A DNA stretch of 64,000 nucleotides from Clostridiales bacterium UBA6330 (lineage in GTDB: Bacteria > Bacillota > Clostridia > Oscillospirales > CAG-272). The notes below the pieces were generated by a model, which had not been told where the DNA came from, did not search any database, and saw only the letters and a program-made list of their open reading frames with translations. Below, in pieces: positions 17,695 to 25,900 of the stretch. A program made the translations under genes and the position numbers. The DNA lies in the NCBI GenBank assembly GCA_002438075.1, contig DJSQ01000212.1, positions 20,182 through 84,181 of the forward strand, read 5' to 3'. Numbering within the stretch: position 1 is the stretch's first letter; each line of letters starts with the position of its first letter.

Positions 17695-19119
17695 ATGGAG
17701 TTTTTTGATATCCGCGACCTTTTTCGGATTGGCAAGCGCCGCAGACTTCGTCTGGGGCTGTGGCTGATTGCGGTCATCGCGCTGACGCTTTGGCTGTTTT
17801 ATCAGAACTACCGAGAGGCGGAGCAGTCGGCATACTTTGCCTGCGTTGTTGCGTCGCTGGTGTTTTTTGCGGCGGAGCTTGTATGGATTTTCCTGAAATC
17901 CGACCGCAGAATCACACCCCTGCTTCTTTTCCTCGCGGTGTTCTATCTGGTCCGCAACAGCCAGTTTCTGTTGCTTTTGTTCGGCGTATCCTTTGACGTG
18001 CACCATCTGGTGATGATGCGGGCGGAGCTGAAAAGCGCGATTGTCCTGACCTCGGTCGGCAACATCTGGGCGGGCTTTGCGGGCATCGTGGCAACGGTCC
18101 CGCAGAAAGAATTGCCCCCTGCGACCGAAGCACCGCAGGACCGCGTTGACCGGCATCGGCTGTTCGTCCTTCTCTGCGTCGGCGGACTTTTGACGGGTGC
18201 GGTTGCTTACGTTTTGGCAATCCTCCGCTTTACCCAATTCCTCTCGGGCGGCATGGCGGCGGTTGATGCGCTGAACGCTCGGCTTCCCCTGATTCTCCCA
18301 TGGCTGGAGGCGCTGTTCGTGCCGTTCGGCTTTGCGGCGGTCGCGTTCTACGGAAAGGAGCGCTTCGGTGCCGCGGCAATCGGCGCCCTGACGGGGTATT
18401 TCCTCCTGACGCTGGTCTGCGGCTCTCTGCCGCTCGGCGCGGCGGGGCTGTTCGCAACGGTCTGCCTGATCTGCCTGACCGTACAGCCAACGGGCAAGCG
18501 CGCGCAGACAATCGGAATTTTTGCGGCAATCGGGGTCCTGCTCCTGTTGCTTTCGTTGCTCGCAACCCTGTTGCGTGAGCCGAACGGACCCGAGACCTTC
18601 TCTCTGCGGAGCATCGCGGTGAATGCCTTTACGGGTATCGGTTACAGCTGTTTTGCTTTACTTGCCGCATTGCGAATCGTGCCGTCTGTTGAGCAGTTCC
18701 GCTTCGGTCGGGAGTATGCGGAAGCGCTCCTCGGCGGAATTCTGCCGCCCGAGGCGGATTCCTATGGCATTTTCGCGCGCCTGACCGCCGACACGCGGGT
18801 TTGGGATGCGTGGGGACCGCGCTATTTCAGCGAGGTGACCGCCGAAATCGGCTTTTCGCCCGATGCGGAGGCGTATCTCAATTTCGGTTGCTTCGGCTTT
18901 CTGGCAATATTCGTGATTTGTACGCTGATTGCCTTTTTCCTGAACCGTTACCGCCGATACGGGCAGAACAGCTGTTTCCCCAAGTACGCCGCGTGCGTGC
19001 TCCTGTACGCCTGCCTGACCTTCTCCTACCGTGGCGGCTCCGCAGTCCTGCGGATGCTCCTCTGGGGCGTGCTCCTGATGGCGCTTGCAATCCATTGGTG
19101 CGGGAAACGGAAAACTTGA
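17695..19119 (+). CDS. Polytopic membrane protein, function unknown (possibly an O-antigen/oligosaccharide polymerase-like protein)
   Basis: 474 aa with more than 10 hydrophobic segments. The functional guess rests only on size and topology. Confidence 0.55.
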   Translation: MEFFDIRDLFRIGKRRRLRLGLWLIAVIALTLWLFYQNYREAEQSAYFACVVASLVFFAAELVWIFLKSDRRITPLLLFLAVFYLVRNSQFLLLLFGVSFDVHHLVMMRAELKSAIVLTSVGNIWAGFAGIVATVPQKELPPATEAPQDRVDRHRLFVLLCVGGLLTGAVAYVLAILRFTQFLSGGMAAVDALNARLPLILPWLEALFVPFGFAAVAFYGKERFGAAAIGALTGYFLLTLVCGSLPLGAAGLFATVCLICLTVQPTGKRAQTIGIFAAIGVLLLLLSLLATLLREPNGPETFSLRSIAVNAFTGIGYSCFALLAALRIVPSVEQFRFGREYAEALLGGILPPEADSYGIFARLTADTRVWDAWGPRYFSEVTAEIGFSPDAEAYLNFGCFGFLAIFVICTLIAFFLNRYRRYGQNSCFPKYAACVLLYACLTFSYRGGSAVLRMLLWGVLLMALAIHWCGKRKT

Positions 19120-19139
19120 TTACGATAACAGAGTATAAA

Positions 19140-19181
19140 AGAACCGCTTCGGAGCCATTCGGGAGGCGGTTCTTTGATTTT
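19140..19181 (+). terminator. Intrinsic terminator closing the housekeeping block
   Basis: 11-bp stem agaaccgcttc / gaggcggttct (one G-U pair), followed by ttgatttt. Confidence 0.6.
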
Positions 19182-19730
19182 GTCGATGCCTTTGTGGAAT
19201 GCTCAGTTTATCCGATGACGAATCGTCTTGCTTTTGCAGGATAGCATACTCAAAACGTCAAATTAAAAGAAAGACACGATTTGTTATCAAATTTGTATTA
19301 CTTTTCGGATATCTTTTATTTGTATTCTGATGTTTGATTTTGTGAAACATCAACAATCTATTTTAACATGACAGTGCATGAATTTTTTTCTTTTTCGGAG
19401 ATTAGAAAAAGAATAAGATCTATTCTTCATATTAGGGCAGGTATTGAATCGAAATAATAGATTTGAGAGAAACGGAATTCGGAATGTTTAACAAAATAAT
19501 GAATTCTGCAAAATAAAAATGCAATTCCCAAGCAGGAAATTTCAGGGAATCCTGTGGCGGATATGCGATTGAAAAATGCAGAAGTCCGCGTCCCGAAATC
19601 AACTATTACTTCATTATAATATTATATAATACGCTTTTAATTGACTCGCTTTTTCACTTGCGAAAGGGAATTTTGTGCCGTTTTGCAAAGCAGTGTGCCC
19701 AAAACTTGCAAATTCTGTCGATACTCACAA

Positions 19731-19759
19731 TTGACAAATCCACTTCTTCGTATTATAAT
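19731..19759 (+). promoter_or_regulatory. Promoter of the giant lipoprotein gene (TTGACA, 17 nt, TATAAT)
   Basis: ttgaca at 19731-19736 and tataat at 19754-19759. A second TGgTATAAT lies at 19763-19771. This leaves a 5' UTR of about 140-150 nt. Confidence 0.5.
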
Positions 19760-19909
19760 ACATGGTATAATGGATAGTGGTTCTTGAAGCCCGTTGAAAG
19801 AAGGCTTTTCACCGGATTTCCGGTCCCGATTCTTGCAAAAAGCTTTGGTGCCGACGAATTGCCGTCCGTTTGGAATTTTTGCGCAACGGCGCAACAGGAG
19901 GGAAAGGAA

Positions 19910-22900
19910 ATGAAAGACAGACAACGCAGAATCTTCCTTGTGATTCTTGCATTGCTGGGAATGTTCATTCTGACATTCGCAGGATGCAAAAAGAAATCAC
20001 CCGGGGAAGAGACGTCGGAGATTCCCGAATCCGGCGATGAAGCAGGTACCTATTACTACGATGCGGGATCAGGAAACGAATACCTGATAACGCTCGGTGG
20101 ACAGTGTACCTATACATTAACGGTGGGAAATGCCTCCGAAAGCGGTTCTTACACGCTGGACGGTGCAACGCTCACGCTGAAGGCGGGCGACACTACCCGT
20201 ACCGCTGATTGGCACGGTAATGAGCTGACGCTGGATTATGACGGCTCGCAGCTGCGATTCCTGCGGAAGGTGGATTTCACGGTTTCCTTTGATTCACTCG
20301 GCGGAAGCGCAGTGGGGTCTGTAACCGTTCTCAACGGAAAAACCATCAGTGCGCCGCAGATGCCGACACGCGAGGGCTTCCTCTTCCTCGGCTGGTACAG
20401 CGACGCGGATTATAAAGCTCCGTTTGTGTTTGATGCAACGCCGGTTACTTCCGATCTGACCCTGCGTGCGCGCTGGGCGGAGAAGCCGACAGATGCGCTT
20501 GAGTATCGCATCCGCTATGACCTCGGTTATGACGGCGAGACGCTTGCTGACGCAGAAACCATTGGCGAAAAATTCTACAATGCGGCAGTTCCTGCGGCAA
20601 GAGAAGGCTATCGGTTCGTTGGCTGGTGGGTCAGTATGACGAATGATGCCAACAAGCTTTCTTATCGCTTGGAGGAGGGAAGCGAAAACGGCGGCACCGT
20701 CTTTGGCGCGGATACGACACTCTTCGCGGTTTGGCAGAAAACCAACGCCGCTTTCGATGTGCCTGCTGTCAGCGTTTCCGCAACTGCAATCAGCTGGGAT
20801 TCGGTTGGAGCAACCGCTTACCTTGTAAAGCTGACAGCACCCGACGGTTCTGTTGTGGTGGACAATCAGCGCACCACAAGCCCCACTTTCCCGATCAGCC
20901 TTGCTATGGCGGGCGAGTATCGCGTTGAGGTGACGGCGGTTGATGCAGGCGGAAACGCAGTGTCGGAAACAGCGGTGAGATACTACACCAACAAGGGACT
21001 GAACCGTGTTGGCGGCTTCACTGTGATTGATCCCTCGGTTCTGGTCTTCCGCGGCGTTCCGAATGCCGAGAAGTACCTGATTACGGTGGATTGCGGCAAC
21101 CCAGAGCATACTCACAAAGCGTTTGACAACGGCTTGGCGCTGTACTTCAACTTCGCAAATTGCGAAATGAAGAAGGGCGGCATCACCTTTACGGTGACGG
21201 CGGTAGCAAACGGCTATGCCTCCTCGACGGTGACCTATACATATGAAAGAAATCTGGATGCGGTAAAGGGCTTGAAGGTTCAGGATGACATCCTGACGTG
21301 GAATCCTGTCAGCGGCGCAACCTTCTATTGGGTTACGGTCGGCGATGAGACCTTTACGGTTCTTGGCAATTCGTTCTCGCTTTCCGCATTCAAGGATGCA
21401 AGCTACAGCATCGGTGTAACGCCCGTTGCGCATGGCTTCAATTCGTCCGAGGCGGCAACGCTGACCTATGAAAAGAAGTCTCCCGCACTTCCCGAAGAGG
21501 TTCGCCTGATCGGAACTGTCCTGACATGGGATGCAGTCCCGGGAGCGACTTCCTATGAGGTCAAGCTGGGAGACAAGACCCTGAATGTGGCGGCAGATAA
21601 GACCGAGCTGGATTTGGCAGATGCCGCATTCTTTGCTGAGGGCTCCGACTACACGCTGACGCTGAAGGTGACGGGCGCGAGCGGCTCCGCCGAAAAGGTG
21701 CTGACGGTTCGCTACAACGCCATGAATCCGCTTCTGACCTATTCGCAGGGCATTTTGCGCTGGAGTCCTGTTGTTGGCGCGGTGACCTACGAGGTGCAGA
21801 TGAACGGTGTCACGGTAGCAACGATCGACAGCGGCGACTGCTTCTATCGGGTCAACCGCTTCAGCAAATCCGGTGAAAACACCGTTCGGGTACGCTTCAA
21901 TAACGGTGTATACGATTCCGAATGGGCGGAGCTGACGGTTGTTGCGCACAAGGTGACCTTGGACGGGCGCGGCGGTAATGCGGTTGAATCGCTCTACAAG
22001 GCGGTTGGAGATCCCATTGATCTTCCGTCGATGACCAAAAACGGCTACAACTTCTCGGCATGGTATAACCTGCCGAACGGTGCGGAGAGCAACGGCAGAA
22101 GGTATTCCGATGTCTATTTTGTGGAATCGGGCGAAACGGTGCTCTATGCGTACTATACGCCCAAGGCGTTTACCATCCATTACAATACGGGCGATGGCAC
22201 CGATGAAACCGATACGGTTTACTTCGGCAAGAACTATCAGTTGAAGGTTCCTACGGTCTCGGTTGGGACCCGCGCATTCGGCGGATGGTTCAGCGCTCCC
22301 TACGGTGCGGGTATTGCATACACCGATGCGGAGGGCAACTCGCTGAACGCATGGAACTACGTGGATGACAACGTAACGGTTTACGCATTCTGGGTGGACT
22401 CGGTTCTGCGCTATGAGAAGATTGGAAATGCTTATGCGGTTTCCAAGGGCGCGCGGATTGATTTGGTCTCCTCTGTCACTATTCCCGCGAAGTTCAATGG
22501 ACTGCCTGTAACCGAGATTATCAGCGGCGCGTTTGAGGGTTGCAAGCTGTTGACCGAAATCAGACTGCCTGATACGCTGACCAGAATTGCGGCAGATACC
22601 GCATTTGAGGGATGTGACGCGCTGAAGTCGGTTACCGTTTACAAGAGCGGTGATGCGAAATACGCTCGGTATTCTTCGGTAGACGGTGTTCTGTTTGACA
22701 ACGGCGAAAGCGGTTCGACGCACGCGCCCCGTCCGGTTCTGATGCCGTCGGCAAAGACGGGTACCTACACGGTCCCGGGTGGCGTTGATGTGCTTCCTCG
22801 GTCCGCGTTTGCAAATTCCAAGCTTTCCAAAATCATCCTTCCGATTAGCGTGAAGGAAATCGGTGTTGAAGCGTTTGCAAACTGCACGAACCTTGTGTCG

Positions 22901-25900
22901 GTCGTCTTTGAGGACGCGGGTGCAACGGTTGGCGTGAATGGACTGACAATCGGTGACCGTGCGTTCCTGAACTGCACGGGTCTGACGGTTGTGACTCTGC
23001 CTGCAAGACTGCAAAGCATTTCGCTTACGGGCTATGCGTACCTGCAGGACGAAATGGTCTTTACCAATACGCAGAGTGCGTTTGAGGGCTGCGAGAATCT
23101 GACCGATGTCGTTGTGGCAAAGGGGCAGAAATCGACCTACACGTCGGTTGACGGTGTGCTTTTGGGCGAGAACGGTACGGCGTTGCTCTATTTCCCGATG
23201 GCGAAGAGCGCCGAGGGCTACGAGATTCCCGCAGGTGTGACCAAGATCGGTGACAGCGCGTTCCTCTCGGTCAGCGGTCTGCGCGGCACACTGGAGCTGC
23301 CGGGTCGTGTGACCTCTATCGGAACAGCGGCATTTGCAAAGTGCAGATATCTGACTGCGGTAACCTTCAAGTCCGGTATCAGCAAGGTGGAAATCGGCGA
23401 TTATGCGTTCTATGCAACCGATATTTCCGAGATTACCTTTGAGGATGGCAGCCATGTGACGAAAATCGGCAAGGCGGCATTCAAAAAGGATGATAACTTT
23501 GACGGAGACGACGATAAAACGTTGGTGATTCCGTCGACGGTGACATCTGTCGGTGATGAAGCCTTCTCCGGCTTCGGTGTGCTGGATGTGGAAATCAAGG
23601 AAGGCACCGAGGAGCTTGCGTTTGGCAACAATGTGTTCTACGATTGCGAGGTTGGAACTCTGACCCTTCCGAAGAACGTGACGGCGCTGGCAAACTTCTT
23701 CACAGGTCTTTCTGTTGAGAAAATCGTTGTCAACGAGGGCAATAAGACCTTTATCTCGAGAGACGGTGTGCTTTACACGAAGGATGCGCAAGGGAATCCC
23801 GCAACGCTTCTGATTTACCCCTCTGGTAAGGATGATACCGACTTTACGGTTCCGGACGGCGTGACCGCGATTGCAGATGGTGCATTCAAGGGCAACGAGT
23901 GGTTGGAGAACGTGACGCTCCCCGCAAGTCTGACCTCTATCGGTAAGGAAGCGTTCTCGGGCTGTAAATGGCTGGAAGCTGTGACCTTCGGTCAGACCTC
24001 CGGAACGCTGTCGATCGGTGAATATGCGTTCTATGAGACAGGGTTGGAAAAGTTGGAACTGCCGCAAGGCGTGAAGACCACCATTGGTGCATACGCATTT
24101 GCGGAAGATGACGATCTGGCAACGATCAAGCTGGGCGGCACGACTGAAATTGGCGCACATGCGTTTGAGGGTGCGGGCTATTATACGGATATTGAGTTCC
24201 CTGCAAGTCTGGAAACCATCGGTGACTGCGCATTCAAGGAAGCGAGCATCAGCTCCGTGACCTTCGAGGATGGCTCGAAACTGAAAACCATCGGTGGATA
24301 TGCATTCTCTGAAACCAAAATTTCGGAAATTGTGATCACGGGCTCCGTCGAATCCATCGGCGCTCAGGCGTTCTCTTATTGCGAATCCTTGAAAAAGGTG
24401 GAATTCATGGACGGAACTGCTGACCTTGTCATTGGTGCGCCTTACCTTGATGAGTACGGCAACTATGATTACGGTCGTGTGTTCTATTACTACAGCTCTG
24501 CGATTGAAACACTGAATCTTCCTGCAAGACTGACGGTGATTTATCAGGAAGCATTCTCCGATATGAGAAATCTGAAAACCGTGACCTTCGGCTCGGCGGA
24601 GAAGCCCAGCCGCCTGACCACGATTGGAGAGGCTGCTTTCAAATCTACGGGATTGACCTCGGTTACCATTCCGAAGTCTGTACGGAATACCGACAGCGCA
24701 ATCGGAATCGGCAAGGAAGCATTTGCTCAGGCGAATATTTCTACGCTGATTTTTGAAGCGGGCGGCTCGATGGAGACGGCTCCGCTGACCATTGGCGAAT
24801 CTGCCTTTGCCGATATCAAAGCCACAACTGTCACGTTCCCCGCAAGATTGGCGTTCTTCACCGATGCAAACGGCAATGTGACTGCTCCGTTGGCAAACGG
24901 CAAAGATGTATTCTCGGGCGCAAGTTCGAATAATGTGAAATTCTATCATGTAACGGGCGATGGCAAGAGTGCGTATGTCTCGGAGGATGGCATTCTCTAC
25001 AATGCGGATAAGACTGAGATTGTGCTTTGCGGAACCTCGAGAACGACGCCGGTTGTGATTCCTGCAACCGTGAAAACGATTGCGGCAGGAACCTTTAAGG
25101 GCTGTGCCTTCATTCCGACCCTGACCTTTGCGCAGGGGAGCGTATGTACCGAAATCGGAGCAGAAGCATTCAGCGGCTGCAAATTGTTGACCACTGTTGC
25201 GCTTCCGAACGGCATTACGACAATTGGCGAGGATGCGTTCTACAATTGCTCCGCCTTGACCGCATTCACACTTCCCGCATCGCTGGAGGTTTTTGACCCC
25301 TCGATTATTTCCTACTGCACCGGACTTCAGAATTTGTATGTTGCAAACGGAAGCAAGACCTACTGTGCAATTGACGGTGTACTGTTCACTGCCGACAAAA
25401 AGACTCTTGTATTCTATCTCGCTTCCCGCACGAATGCTTCCTATGAAATTCCGAACGGGACGGTTGAAATTGCGGATAGCGCATTCAATCGCAATTCGTA
25501 TCTGCAGAAGGTGACGATTCCGAACACTGTTATGTTGATTGGAAACGGCGCATTCAGCGGTTGTCGCGGACTGACCGAGGTGAACTTTGCTGCGGGCGGT
25601 ACCGACGCATTGGTTATCGGCTATGGTTCGTTCAGCTCAAGCGGCGTGACTTCAATCAGGATACCCGCAAGAACCAAAGCGATTGAGGGCTCTGCCTTCA
25701 GTAACGCAAAGCTTGCCTCGCTGACATTTGAGAACGGAAGCCAGTTGACTTCTATTGCGGATTATGCGTTCAGTTCGACTGCGCTGACCGCTGTGGCACT
25801 TCCTACCAGCCTGCGTGAATTGGGAGAGAGCGTATTCTCAAGCTGCAAGAGCCTGAAGAGTGCAATCCTTCCGGAAGGCTTGCTGACTGTTGATGAGGGG

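Noticed and set aside
19369-19458. A 29-codon ORF (MTVHEFFSFSEIRKRIRSILHIRAGIESK) in the AT-rich spacer. Also the 95-aa and 78-aa minus-strand ORFs at 19637-19924 and 19753-19989.
   Set aside because: No RBS and no recognisable features. The minus-strand ORFs overlap the promoter, 5' UTR and start of the giant gene and look like chance frames in AT-rich DNA.
19535-19549. A possible att-like direct repeat flanking the lower-GC block: GGAAATTTCAGGGAA at 19535-19549 versus GGAAAATTTCAGGGAA at 60644-60659.
   Set aside because: The exact shared core is only 13 nt (AAATTTCAGGGAA). With about 2x10^9 position pairs in a 64-kb window, tens of 13-mer coincidences are expected by chance. The neighbouring bases align poorly and no integrase gene is present.
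19240-19780. An invertible promoter (inverton) or mobile-element remnant in the AT-rich spacer.
   Set aside because: I found no long (over 12 bp) inverted repeats bracketing the 19731-19759 promoter, only short local palindromes. There is no recombinase gene nearby and no terminal repeats.
19772-19909. A c-di-GMP (GEMM-type) riboswitch in the 5' UTR of the giant adhesin-like gene.
   Set aside because: The context is attractive and GCAAAAAGCTTTGG vaguely recalls the GCAAAGCC element. However, the paired P1a/P1b architecture and the conserved GGCAAACC-type element were not found by eye. A covariance-model scan is needed before any claim.
20294-24949. A 1,551-aa minus-strand ORF inside the giant lipoprotein gene. 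Similar ones lie at 25838-27388, 28609-30669, 34840-36480, 37513-39093 and 44597-48007 (1,136 aa).
   Set aside because: All are in exact codon register with the plus-strand gene (codon start positions have the same residue mod 3). A stop on the minus strand would therefore require a sense TTA, CTA or TCA codon. Reading several hundred sense codons shows these three codons are simply avoided; Leu uses CTG/CTT/TTG/CTC and Ser uses TCC/TCG/AGC/TCT. The antisense translations are Arg/Cys/His-rich with no motifs, start context or RBS. The sense strands carry unmistakable domains.
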